DNA from: a virus
Taxonomy: Duplodnaviria; Heunggongvirae; Uroviricota; Caudoviricetes
Reading direction: 5' to 3' (one strand)
DNA length: 64,000 nucleotides
Virus record (IMG/VR): IMGVR_UViG_3300027917_000030
The notes beneath the pieces are model-generated. The model was given only the letters and a program-made list of their open reading frames with translations. It was not told where the DNA came from and did not search any database. Positions 54,647-62,939 of this stretch are shown piece after piece. Position 1 is the stretch's first letter. Each line of letters starts with the position of its first letter. The position numbers and the translations under genes were made by a program.

Positions 54647-56200
54647 TTAAAAAGTTCTAAAAGCAGTTCGAATCTGTTCGTATAATAGATCTGAACTTGT
54701 TGTAATATCAAGTGGGATCATTTCCTCAGAGAAAGATGAGGCACCCATCTTCCCGTCAACCAGATCCATATACATGCTAAAAGCACCCTCTTCTTTGTGA
54801 ACGAATATATCCTTCACTCCCTCCGCAGCCAATTCGGTTTCAAAATTATTAGCAAGTGGCGTATCAATTGAAATGTTTGGACACCTATTCCGTTCTCTCA
54901 ATTCCACAATCCTATCAATCCAATCGCTATAATCTCCCTTAGAACGATGGCGCCCTCTGCCAGTTTGCTTGTAATCTAACAGCACGATATCCATCCCATG
55001 ATGATAGGCAGTCTCCAACATTCTCGTGAAGTTATAGTAGGCTACTCCCATCACATAATGTATAACGGGACGCCTGATGCGATTTCCACAATAGACCTTC
55101 AAATAAGCAGCAAGTTCATCTACATCACGCGGACATTCGGTCGAATAAGCAAATGTACCAATGCTATCCAGGATTCTCTCACGCTTTTTATCATCCTTAA
55201 GCCACGAAAGATTCCTGGTAGAAAAATTGGGAGTAATTCCGCTTCTTTTTAGGTCTTCCAAAAATTCGATAAAGTTGGGGTGTTGGGTTGGCTCGCCACC
55301 ACCAATCGCCACCTCAAACACCTTAAGTCTACTCAAAGCATTTGATAGTGCCCATATGTTTCCAGAAGAAAGATCAGCATGTTCTCCCTTCTCGGAAGAT
55401 CCCTGATAGCAAAACGAACATCCTCTTTCACAGTAATCCGTTATCTTTATATCAATGAGGTCTGGCGTAGTAGAGTACTCTGGGTGTAGCACACCTGCTG
55501 TTATTTGACCACTCCACCTCTTCTCAACATCCTTGAGATTTTTCGGAAAAGTCATACGAAGTTTGCCGCCAGTGTTTTTGTTAAATAGTGTCCAGAAACC
55601 CTGCGGATCCTTCTTTGCAATCCAGTTTTTACTAACTCCATCTATATCTATATTCAATACAAAAGCGGTACCATTATCCAAAGGATGTTTTTCACCATCG
55701 TTATCATTACCGCCCAAGATTACAAGATTCCTATTAAGCATAAATTCGCTAAATTCTTTGACAAACTCGTAATCCAACCCATTACCATGCCAGTTATATG
55801 GCAGAGCGTAAACGCTTTGGTGGTCAATATATCCTTCTTTAGACCAGTTCCATGATTTAGTGCCACAGCGTTTGCCAACTAATTGCTGTGTAACGATTGC
55901 TGCTGTTTCCTTATCTACATGTTCTTCAAGAGCAACACCTATGACACTCGCTATATAGGCACGCTTTGTTGAGTCAGAAGCAGCAACAAAGTGATCCCAT
56001 CCAAACTCCAAGTCTTCAACACCTTCATCTTTTTCGTTATACAAAAATATTAAGGAATGGGTTGAACTACTATTAGTTGCAAATCCCAGTCTTATGTTGT
56101 GAATCCTCATCCCTTTTTTCCTTCTTATCGGTGGTCGTGGAAACCTTCTTAGCCTCCTCACGCTTTTTTTGTAATTCTCTTTCATCCACCATTTCACCAC
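54647..56200 (-). CDS. Radical SAM protein with a large unknown N-terminal domain
   Basis: CERGCSFC (CxxxCxxC) about 250 aa in, followed by the GGE motif AIGGGEPT. There is no SPASM-type Cys cluster. The true start may be the internal MRIHN. Confidence 0.6.
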   Translation of the reverse strand: MVKWWMKENYKKSVRRLRRFPRPPIRRKKGMRIHNIRLGFATNSSSTHSLIFLYNEKDEGVEDLEFGWDHFVAASDSTKRAYIASVIGVALEEHVDKETAAIVTQQLVGKRCGTKSWNWSKEGYIDHQSVYALPYNWHGNGLDYEFVKEFSEFMLNRNLVILGGNDNDGEKHPLDNGTAFVLNIDIDGVSKNWIAKKDPQGFWTLFNKNTGGKLRMTFPKNLKDVEKRWSGQITAGVLHPEYSTTPDLIDIKITDYCERGCSFCYQGSSEKGEHADLSSGNIWALSNALSRLKVFEVAIGGGEPTQHPNFIEFLEDLKRSGITPNFSTRNLSWLKDDKKRERILDSIGTFAYSTECPRDVDELAAYLKVYCGNRIRRPVIHYVMGVAYYNFTRMLETAYHHGMDIVLLDYKQTGRGRHRSKGDYSDWIDRIVELRERNRCPNISIDTPLANNFETELAAEGVKDIFVHKEEGAFSMYMDLVDGKMGASSFSEEMIPLDITTSSDLLYEQIRTAFRTF

Positions 56201-56273
56201 AGGCTAAACAAGACCACTCACCTTTATAGTTTAAGAAAAGTGCACCATGTAAACCATTGTTACATTTCATTAT

Positions 56274-56597
56274 TCACTCGCATACGGTGGCTGTTAGAAT
56301 GTCACAATTCTCATCTCTTGTGTCCAGAAAGAAACATTGCTTTACAACATCCTTTCCGCTCGCACAATAGGGGTTCTCTCTCTGAAAACCAATTTCCATT
56401 TCAGGATCACCACCCCAACATTGGCATGGTAATACCATAGACTTACTTACCATTGGTCCTGGAGGCGGAGGAAAACTTTCACACTTTTCTTTCCAGCAAA
56501 AACCAAATAAACCTTCGCAATCCGAGTTGTAAATACACTCTGGATCGCTACCACACGATACAAAAATAATAGCGAATAAAACCAACAGTTTACTCAT
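56274..56597 (-). CDS. Secreted Cys-rich small protein (107 aa), paralog 1
   Basis: Signal peptide, then 12 Cys with the spacing CIYNSDC..G.C..(K)C...P..C.CWGGD...C.SG.D.V..C. Confidence 0.5.
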   Translation of the reverse strand: MSKLLVLFAIIFVSCGSDPECIYNSDCEGLFGFCWKEKCESFPPPPGPMVSKSMVLPCQCWGGDPEMEIGFQRENPYCASGKDVVKQCFFLDTRDENCDILTATVCE

Positions 56598-56710
56598 TTT
56601 CCTCTTCCTCCTCTAACTCTTCCAAGTAATCTTGGGTTCTGAGTTTTCGTTGCCTCTTATCTTTGCGATCTTTATGAGGTCCAGCCTTACCATACTGGTT
56701 GTTTTCTTTT

Positions 56711-57586
56711 CTACTCTGTCGCTTTAGGGCTTTGATCTTGTCGAACTTCTTGTCTTTCTTCATCTTTACACTCGGGCATAAGAATTTGGGACAACCAATC
56801 TCTACCATATTCGCTGGTAAAAATTGGTGCAGCACTATCTTCCCATCGCCGACGCTCCGCCGTCCCATTTTCCGTGGTTACAGTAATCCAATTACGGTAT
56901 GCTACAATTCCTCTTTTAAACTCGGCGGGATAATTGTTCCAATTAACACCAGCCTCAGAAAATAACAACTCTTGTTGCTGATCTTGATTCTTCTTATGCA
57001 TCATCTTTCTGGCGGTACCTTTGCCCACAATCCTACCAACCTCATAATAACAAGCACTACTAATAGAATTCTTAACACAATCTCTCTGTCTCCAGATCAA
57101 ATTGTTCACTACTTCCATCATGCTGGGCATCGGCCAGACGCGACAATCAAAAAATGCTACTCCAGCCCTTTTTGGTTTGGAAAAATCATCAAGGATTACC
57201 TCACCATTTTCATCTTTAAGAACAGGGATAAAATGATTAAATGTGGCTGCCGCTACACTTGCTGCTACAGATACAATTTTTTGAACTCTATTATCAAACC
57301 AAGGGGTAGTTTCTTCGGTTTGATCAGATCTAATTGCAAATGTAATCTCATCTGACTGAGTATAAGCCAGCATACAACCCTGCATCTCACTTGCAACACG
57401 CTTGGCTGTTTCGGTCATCCAAGAAGAGAAACAAATATCATACGGTTTAGCAAGTTTCAATCTTTTTGTCAAGGTGCTAAAGGCTTTTCCATCGATGCGC
57501 ACCATGATCGGTGCACGAGGAATGATCTTAAAATTCGTTGATTCCTCGTATCGCTTCATCCTGTCGCCAAGTGATTCTTTATTCAT
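56711..57586 (-). CDS. Thg1-like protein (tRNA-His guanylyltransferase family, 3'-5' polymerase)
   Basis: IMVRIDGKAFSTLTKRL.LAKPYD and AYTQSDEITFA match the Thg1 signatures VVRLDGRNFHRF..KPND and AYGQSDEYSF. Confidence 0.7.
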   Translation of the reverse strand: MNKESLGDRMKRYEESTNFKIIPRAPIMVRIDGKAFSTLTKRLKLAKPYDICFSSWMTETAKRVASEMQGCMLAYTQSDEITFAIRSDQTEETTPWFDNRVQKIVSVAASVAAATFNHFIPVLKDENGEVILDDFSKPKRAGVAFFDCRVWPMPSMMEVVNNLIWRQRDCVKNSISSACYYEVGRIVGKGTARKMMHKKNQDQQQELLFSEAGVNWNNYPAEFKRGIVAYRNWITVTTENGTAERRRWEDSAAPIFTSEYGRDWLSQILMPECKDEERQEVRQDQSPKATE

Positions 57587-57930
57587 TTTTTCTCTGCCTT
57601 AGCCTCATCCACAAATGCTCTAATTTTGTCTACAGAACCACTTTTTTCCAAAAGTGCTATCCGACGCTCAGCGTCTTTGACTGCACGAGCCCGCATCTCG
57701 GCAACCTCTTCCTCGGACATCCTCTCGAGTTTCATTAAGTACATCGTCATCTCTTCTGCAGCCTGAAGTGCCGCCTGAGTTGACTCCCTTCCCTCAAGAC
57801 CAGCCTGAAGTCCCAGGGAAGAGGCATATATGGACAGTGCACTGGCCAGACCATCAATAACTTCTTCTTTTTTAGGTGGTTGCGTGTAATCCTCTACAAC
57901 TATTTTACCCATGACTTTCTTCCTTTTCAA
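57583..57930 (-). CDS. Hypothetical coiled-coil protein (115 aa)
   Basis: Ala/Glu/Leu-rich helical ORF. Confidence 0.3.
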   Translation of the reverse strand: MKRKKVMGKIVVEDYTQPPKKEEVIDGLASALSIYASSLGLQAGLEGRESTQAALQAAEEMTMYLMKLERMSEEEVAEMRARAVKDAERRIALLEKSGSVDKIRAFVDEAKAEKK

Positions 57931-58420
57931 AAAGAGATTCCAGATAACGCCACATCTTTATGATGCGTTTGTCTTTTTCCGTAGCATCATGTAGTTCTGC
58001 TTCAAATGTCGGCCACTCGCGCTCATACATTTTAACGAAGTTAGTGTTAGATCCCTTACTAAATTCTATATTAGCGATCCTATCAGCCAGTTTAATAATC
58101 AAACCAGGTCTGTTGGCTTTTATCTTTGGGTATGTTTTAGCATACCTTTCCTTTCTGTTACGCCCCATTTCGTTGGTTACGGCATAAACAACATCAGCTA
58201 CATTTTCGCCAAACCCGTGCTTCAATTTGTCGTAGGAAATGCCCGTATCTTCAATCACATCATGAAGCCAGGCAGCGATCTTAAGTTGTTCATCATGGAA
58301 CCCAAACCTATTGAGTACCATTTCCACTTGTTGCAAATGGTAAGTGTAACTGTGAGTTCCATATCTTTGGCCATAATGCACCAAAGCCGCAAATCTTTTA
58401 GCAAACTCATAATCTTCCAT
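57905..58420 (-). CDS. HD-domain hydrolase of the RelA/SpoT (ppGpp hydrolase, small alarmone hydrolase) type
   Basis: H..H early, then IAAWLHDVIEDT, the hallmark HD motif of SpoT/Mesh1 hydrolases, plus a downstream Asp. Length 171 aa. Confidence 0.65.
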   Translation of the reverse strand: MEDYEFAKRFAALVHYGQRYGTHSYTYHLQQVEMVLNRFGFHDEQLKIAAWLHDVIEDTGISYDKLKHGFGENVADVVYAVTNEMGRNRKERYAKTYPKIKANRPGLIIKLADRIANIEFSKGSNTNFVKMYEREWPTFEAELHDATEKDKRIIKMWRYLESLFEKEESHG

Positions 58421-59262
58421 TAGTATTCTCTCCTGGTACCGTCGAGTGCAAGAAACTCATATCTCATGGGAATTATTCGGTCATTGTAACCGCCAGAGAA
58501 TGAATCTATAACACCAACCCCATGTTGACTTAATTCCTCAATAAGTAGGTCGGGCATTATATCTTTGTACTCGCTATTAGTAATCCATCGCCCGACTGTT
58601 GTTGCAACATTAACAACAGCAGGTAAATCCATGGTCCGAGCAACAGTAGCCGCCAACCTTTCCAGTAACCCCTCGGTGTTGACCTGACACATCAGATCAA
58701 AATCAAACACAGAAAACAGTTCACGAGTAGTTTCCAGATATGAGAAGATATCATTCACAATAATCTGGGCGTGCGGCGGTCTGGAAAAATGTCTTTGAAG
58801 ATCTTTCATAAATCGTGCTGTTTGAATATTACGCTCGCAGGCAAACACATTATTTGCACCAAAATCTCTATTTACTAAAAGAATTTGGTTGGCGGGTAAT
58901 CCCACATATTTACCATCTGGATTCGCATAAAACCTACGCCATAGTTCAAACTGCTTGTACATCCCATCTTTTCCATAGCGAGATGAACAATTACCATTAA
59001 ACAACTCGCCGCTAAAACTGGGAGACGACACAGGATCTCGCGTTCCATTCCTGATCTGTGTTTTATAGGATTTCAGGACACCTTCTGATAGATCAATGTC
59101 ATACTCAAGAAGGCGCTGATGTGCTGCAGGCGTCCAGTTTCTTCGCTTGCTCCAAAGAGCACTTATAAACTCTTCATATATGACTTGGTTAATTATTCGA
59201 TGTCTCGTATTCGGACAAACTATCGTAACAGGAAGGTTTCTTGTAACCCTACTTCTTAACAT
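58420..59262 (-). CDS. Hypothetical protein (280 aa)
   Basis: ORF, no family recognised. Confidence 0.35.
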   Translation of the reverse strand: MLRSRVTRNLPVTIVCPNTRHRIINQVIYEEFISALWSKRRNWTPAAHQRLLEYDIDLSEGVLKSYKTQIRNGTRDPVSSPSFSGELFNGNCSSRYGKDGMYKQFELWRRFYANPDGKYVGLPANQILLVNRDFGANNVFACERNIQTARFMKDLQRHFSRPPHAQIIVNDIFSYLETTRELFSVFDFDLMCQVNTEGLLERLAATVARTMDLPAVVNVATTVGRWITNSEYKDIMPDLLIEELSQHGVGVIDSFSGGYNDRIIPMRYEFLALDGTRREY

Positions 59263-59273
59263 TTTTCACCAAC

Positions 59274-59603
59274 TCAAGTACAAAATCTCCCCAACATTGG
59301 CTCGACACATTGTCCACGCCAATACTCACAACACCCTACACACATCTCCACTATGTCCATTCCGCTCTCACATAGGTTGGTGATGCGAGTTTCCCCAATA
59401 AAAATATAGTAGTCTCCCCAGCATTGGCAATCTACGGTTGATTCTCCTGGAAGTAGCGGAATGAAATCGTAGGTACAAAACCCATCTAAACAAATATCAC
59501 CAGGCAGACAGTCTATATCATAGATACAATCTGGAAAAGGTTCTGGGGTAACTTCCACAAGACAGCCTAAAAAGATGGGTAGTAATAATAGTAGTTTTCT
59601 CAT
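59274..59603 (-). CDS. Secreted Cys-rich small protein (109 aa), paralog 2
   Basis: Signal peptide and the same Cys framework as 56274-56597 (CIYDIDC..GDIC.DGFC...P...DCQCWGD...C.SG.D.V..C). Confidence 0.5.
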   Translation of the reverse strand: MRKLLLLLPIFLGCLVEVTPEPFPDCIYDIDCLPGDICLDGFCTYDFIPLLPGESTVDCQCWGDYYIFIGETRITNLCESGMDIVEMCVGCCEYWRGQCVEPMLGRFCT

Positions 59604-59606
59604 TTT

Positions 59607-59867
59607 TCACCTACACAAATAATAAATTCCTGATCCGAATAAAAGCAAAAATCCATTGATTGTTAATGGAATGGTAAAAAGAAAAACAATCCCCAATCCC
59701 CCTGAAGTTCCTCCCTTACTTACAGCGCTTGCTGCTTTAATACTGAGTAAACCTAAAACAAGAGTAAGGGATCCAATAATCACGGCCGGAAGTGCTGTGC
59801 CGACGATGTAGCAGAGAATACCAGCAAAAATTGAAGGTATAAGGAATAGAAGAATACCTTGAAACAT
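59607..59867 (-). CDS. Small membrane protein (86 aa)
   Basis: Three hydrophobic helices. Confidence 0.3.
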   Translation of the reverse strand: MFQGILLFLIPSIFAGILCYIVGTALPAVIIGSLTLVLGLLSIKAASAVSKGGTSGGLGIVFLFTIPLTINGFLLLFGSGIYYLCR

Positions 59868-59880
59868 TATTCACCCCCTT

Positions 59881-59950
59881 GGCTCCTGCAATGGACTCGA
59901 ACCATTGATGTTCCAGAATACCTGGAACTTTACCGTTAAGTTACAGGAGC
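59881..59950 (-). tRNA. tRNA-like gene (70 nt) with perfect acceptor, D- and T-arms but a non-canonical anticodon arm (6-bp stem/5-nt loop or 7-nt loop GGTATTC lacking U33)
   Basis: Minus read GCTCCTG-TA-ACTT-AACGGTA-AAGT-T-TCCAG-GTATT-CTGGA-ACATC-AATGG-TTCGAGT-CCATT-G?-CAGGAGC-C. The acceptor is 7/7, the D-stem 4/4, and the T-loop TTCGAGT. The anticodon hairpin is TTCCAG-gtatt-CTGGAA, and the candidate anticodon is TAT if read as a 7-nt loop. Confidence 0.4.
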
Positions 59951-59973
59951 TGTGGCTTGTGTTTGAAGTTTAA

Positions 59974-60459
59974 TTAAAAATCAAACTCAGCGGACTCATC
60001 GTCGTCCGAGATGGGAGCATCGGTGACAGGAGTCACGCCCGCCTCACACCGCTTGACCAACTCTTCCTGCATCTCCTGACGCTTATCCTTCTTGATACGA
60101 CCCTTGCAGTACGCATCAAGCAGGGCAGAACGAACGACATCATCGTCACGAATATGCGACCAATGCTGGGTCATGAAGGTCTCGATCCGCTGTTGGCGGG
60201 TAGAAGGACCATCATTAGCAGAACCACGCATATCATTTGCAGTACTTAGTGCTGTCTTTACCTTGTCCTTAAGGGCAACGGGATCACTGAGATCTTCACC
60301 ATCAATTACCTCGGAAATCCTGCGAGCAGTAGCCTTGACACCCTCGGTCTCCAGAAGAACTCGCACACACTGAGCAACCTTACGAACCTGCTTCTCATCA
60401 GCCATTTTTTTCCTCCCTTTTCTTTTTGTAAACAACCCATGCTTCGTGAAGTTGGCCAT
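59974..60459 (-). CDS. Hypothetical acidic protein (161 aa) in a GC-rich patch
   Basis: ORF. Local GC is clearly higher than neighbouring genes. Confidence 0.35.
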   Translation of the reverse strand: MANFTKHGLFTKRKGRKKMADEKQVRKVAQCVRVLLETEGVKATARRISEVIDGEDLSDPVALKDKVKTALSTANDMRGSANDGPSTRQQRIETFMTQHWSHIRDDDVVRSALLDAYCKGRIKKDKRQEMQEELVKRCEAGVTPVTDAPISDDDESAEFDF

Positions 60460-60760
60460 TACAACTCAACTCACCTACAGCCAATTTATCCACTTCAGTA
60501 TTTTGTGGAAACCAATTTTCGCCCTCGCTAATATGAAACTCCTTATCTTCTGGGTGCGGATAAGGAACCAACAAAACCCTTGGGAAACCGAGGGAACCTC
60601 CGTCAAGGATATTCAAAATGCTAAACACAAGCCCTTCCAATTTATCTTTGTAATTTTCTTGTTCTATTCTTTCCCAGTATTTGATCATAACATATAACTG
60701 ACTAAAAAACTTTTCCTGAATTTCTTCAGCCGTATATTCCCTGATCGATTTCCCGATCAA
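60398..60760 (-). CDS. Hypothetical protein (120 aa)
   Basis: ORF. Confidence 0.3.
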   Translation of the reverse strand: MIGKSIREYTAEEIQEKFFSQLYVMIKYWERIEQENYKDKLEGLVFSILNILDGGSLGFPRVLLVPYPHPEDKEFHISEGENWFPQNTEVDKLAVGELSCNGQLHEAWVVYKKKREEKNG

Positions 60761-61008
60761 TTCACAACCTTCTTCCTTTTCTTTGGCTTATTAGACACTT
60801 TATCTGTTGGGACATCCCACACGCCCTTAACAAAATCCATAAATCCCTTCTCGCTGCCGCCAACATTAGTGTGGAGGTCAGCAGCAAGGGATATCAGCGC
60901 TACCATTACCTCAGAAAGATATTTCATGCCTTCACGAGCGGCACGCTCGTTTTTCATAAGAACATCTAAAACCTGTTTTCTTAAATCAAAAATAGGATCT
61001 TCTTTCAT
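60757..61008 (-). CDS. Hypothetical protein (83 aa)
   Basis: ORF. Confidence 0.3.
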   Translation of the reverse strand: MKEDPIFDLRKQVLDVLMKNERAAREGMKYLSEVMVALISLAADLHTNVGGSEKGFMDFVKGVWDVPTDKVSNKPKKRKKVVN

Positions 61009-61289
61009 CAGTTTAAAACCTTTCTGCCGGTGTTAATTACATTGCGTAACACCTTTACAAAACGAAATGACGCATAGGCGCCATCTGGCTGACCACGCCA
61101 AAATTTAGGATCTTTAACCCACTTAATCCAAACAAACTGCTTTGCATCCTTTGAGCCAATCTTTGAAAGTAACTTCTTGTATAAATTTGGAAAAGCACTC
61201 TGCCCGTCAACCACCTTGGCAAGTGCCCCAATATCAACCTGATTTTGAATTGGCGGCTTCACAAGCCTCACCAATGAGCCTGGTTTCAT
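61008..61289 (-). CDS. Hypothetical protein (93 aa)
   Basis: ORF. Confidence 0.3.
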   Translation of the reverse strand: MKPGSLVRLVKPPIQNQVDIGALAKVVDGQSAFPNLYKKLLSKIGSKDAKQFVWIKWVKDPKFWRGQPDGAYASFRFVKVLRNVINTGRKVLN

Positions 61290-61485
61290 CTTTCATCCTT
61301 TTATCCAAGATCAATTTACATTCCGTATCAGTCACACATCCGTGGGCTATACAAGATAGTTCCCGTATTAGATAACCCTTATCGACATAATGCCGCATTA
61401 TACCCTCAATGGCCCTACTAAACTCAAGGGAAACCTCAATGGCTTCACTAGTCCATTCTTCACTATCTGTGAACAGTTTCTCCAT
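61234..61485 (-). CDS. Hypothetical protein (83 aa)
   Basis: ORF. Confidence 0.3.
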   Translation of the reverse strand: MEKLFTDSEEWTSEAIEVSLEFSRAIEGIMRHYVDKGYLIRELSCIAHGCVTDTECKLILDKRMKDETRLIGEACEAANSKSG

Positions 61486-61736
61486 AACCCCTCCAAAAAA
61501 ACCCCTTCTTGTTTAGCCATGCAAGGGGTCAGCATGAGCGCTTTTGATAACCAGAGCAACGCCTAACTCGGGGAGCGGAGGAAGCCCCACGACTCGCACC
61601 TCCGCAGAGTCGCCCCCGTATGTTGTTGTCAGCCAAATGACATCTTCGCTGAAATATCAACAACATCCGAACCTAACCGTTGGCGAACTTTTGCCCGCCG
61701 CGACGACGCCCCATATACAAAATAGTATCGACGCAG

Positions 61737-61766
61737 AAATTTTTTCGAAAACCACGCGCACGAATT
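61737..61766. repeat. Copy 3 of the 30-nt TTTTCGAAAA/GC-dyad motif
   Basis: AAATTTTTTCGAAAACCACGCGCACGAATT immediately after the stop codon of the 61765-62169 gene. Confidence 0.6.
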
Positions 61767-62169
61767 ACTTTATCTCTTCTATCTGCTTTTCAACCTCGGC
61801 TATTTGAAGATCTATAATAGGCTCCCTTAACTTCCTTCTCATCACCATGCGCTTCTGCTCAGACCTGGAGTTGTTAACTCTTATATATAGGTCCGCTTTT
61901 GCTTTTCTTAACTTCCTAAGTCTTTCGGATAGGTGCTGTAATTGTTGCCTCTTTGATAGGGAATTGAACCAATTAAGTTCAGCAATATGCTCTCTTTCCC
62001 TATAATCCAGTTTTCGAGCAGGTGTGGCTAGCCTACAGCCATATCTTCCCTTTTCAATAAGATCAACAATCCTATCCGCTGCAGCATTTTTTCGTTCTGT
62101 AGATTTTGGAGCCCGCCTACCACCTTTCGGTCTGATCGGACATCGAATATACTCACCACCAGATGACAT
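61765..62169 (-). CDS. Hypothetical basic protein (134 aa)
   Basis: Arg/Lys-rich ORF. Confidence 0.35.
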   Translation of the reverse strand: MSSGGEYIRCPIRPKGGRRAPKSTERKNAAADRIVDLIEKGRYGCRLATPARKLDYREREHIAELNWFNSLSKRQQLQHLSERLRKLRKAKADLYIRVNNSRSEQKRMVMRRKLREPIIDLQIAEVEKQIEEIK

Positions 62170-62479
62170 TTGTACCTCGATCTGTGGCGTGTTTTGTTAA
62201 ATCCTCATACTTCTCTTTTTGAGAATCTGAAAGTGCTGAATAATGATCGGCCCTCATTATACTCCAGCCGCCTGGATTGGCATGATTTTTGTGGAGGTGA
62301 TCTTGAGCCATTTCTTCAGAACTAAAAGGACCATACGCATCAGCATAGTCAAGCCAATCCCATACACCTTTAGGAGATCCATATTGTTCCAAAATATAGT
62401 ACCACTCTCCCTCAGTTTTTTCCAGGAACATACATTCAAGACCTGTGCTCATGCTCCCATCATCCTTTCCATCATACAC
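62153..62479 (-). CDS. Hypothetical protein (108 aa)
   Basis: ORF. Confidence 0.3.
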   Translation of the reverse strand: MYDGKDDGSMSTGLECMFLEKTEGEWYYILEQYGSPKGVWDWLDYADAYGPFSSEEMAQDHLHKNHANPGGWSIMRADHYSALSDSQKEKYEDLTKHATDRGTNVIWW

Positions 62480-62937
62480 TCGTGAACATAAGCCGCCTCA
62501 TCCCTTGCATCATCATCGATGATCTTAATAAACTCCAGAACCTCTTTCGAAACTCTTGCCTCATCACGAATCAGTTCCGGCACAACATTCTCACCACCAC
62601 ATTCATAACAGACAACATCATATCCGCCACTCATGTACATTTCCTGATCCTCGTAACTCCAATCACGATCCCATTCTTCTGCCGAAATACCGTGAGCATC
62701 AATGCTGGGATTAACATGTTTTCCCTTACCCCTACACAATGTACATACCTCAAATTCGATTGGCAGATCAACACAACCCTCCTCGTCGATCATCTTATAG
62801 GCAGCATCACTAATATCGTGCCATTCCCTAATCTCACCTTCTGGATCAACTTCGACACGAGCAGTCATGTTGTTTCTGTTAATAGACTTATACCACCTTC
62901 TGGTATTGGCTGCTACATCTCGTGAGTCAAAATACAT
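62449..62937 (-). CDS. Hypothetical protein with Cys4 zinc-finger-like pairs (162 aa)
   Basis: CTLCRGKGKH ... CYECGGEN. Confidence 0.35.
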   Translation of the reverse strand: MYFDSRDVAANTRRWYKSINRNNMTARVEVDPEGEIREWHDISDAAYKMIDEEGCVDLPIEFEVCTLCRGKGKHVNPSIDAHGISAEEWDRDWSYEDQEMYMSGGYDVVCYECGGENVVPELIRDEARVSKEVLEFIKIIDDDARDEAAYVHECMMERMMGA

Positions 62938-62939
62938 TT

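Noticed and set aside
3865-61766. The regular 29 kb spacing of the three 30-nt motif copies as evidence of a tandemly duplicated 29 kb unit
   Set aside because: Flanking genes are entirely different (pyrC, lon, a small basic protein) and no other sequence similarity accompanies the motif. The spacing is most simply coincidental or reflects transcription-unit size.
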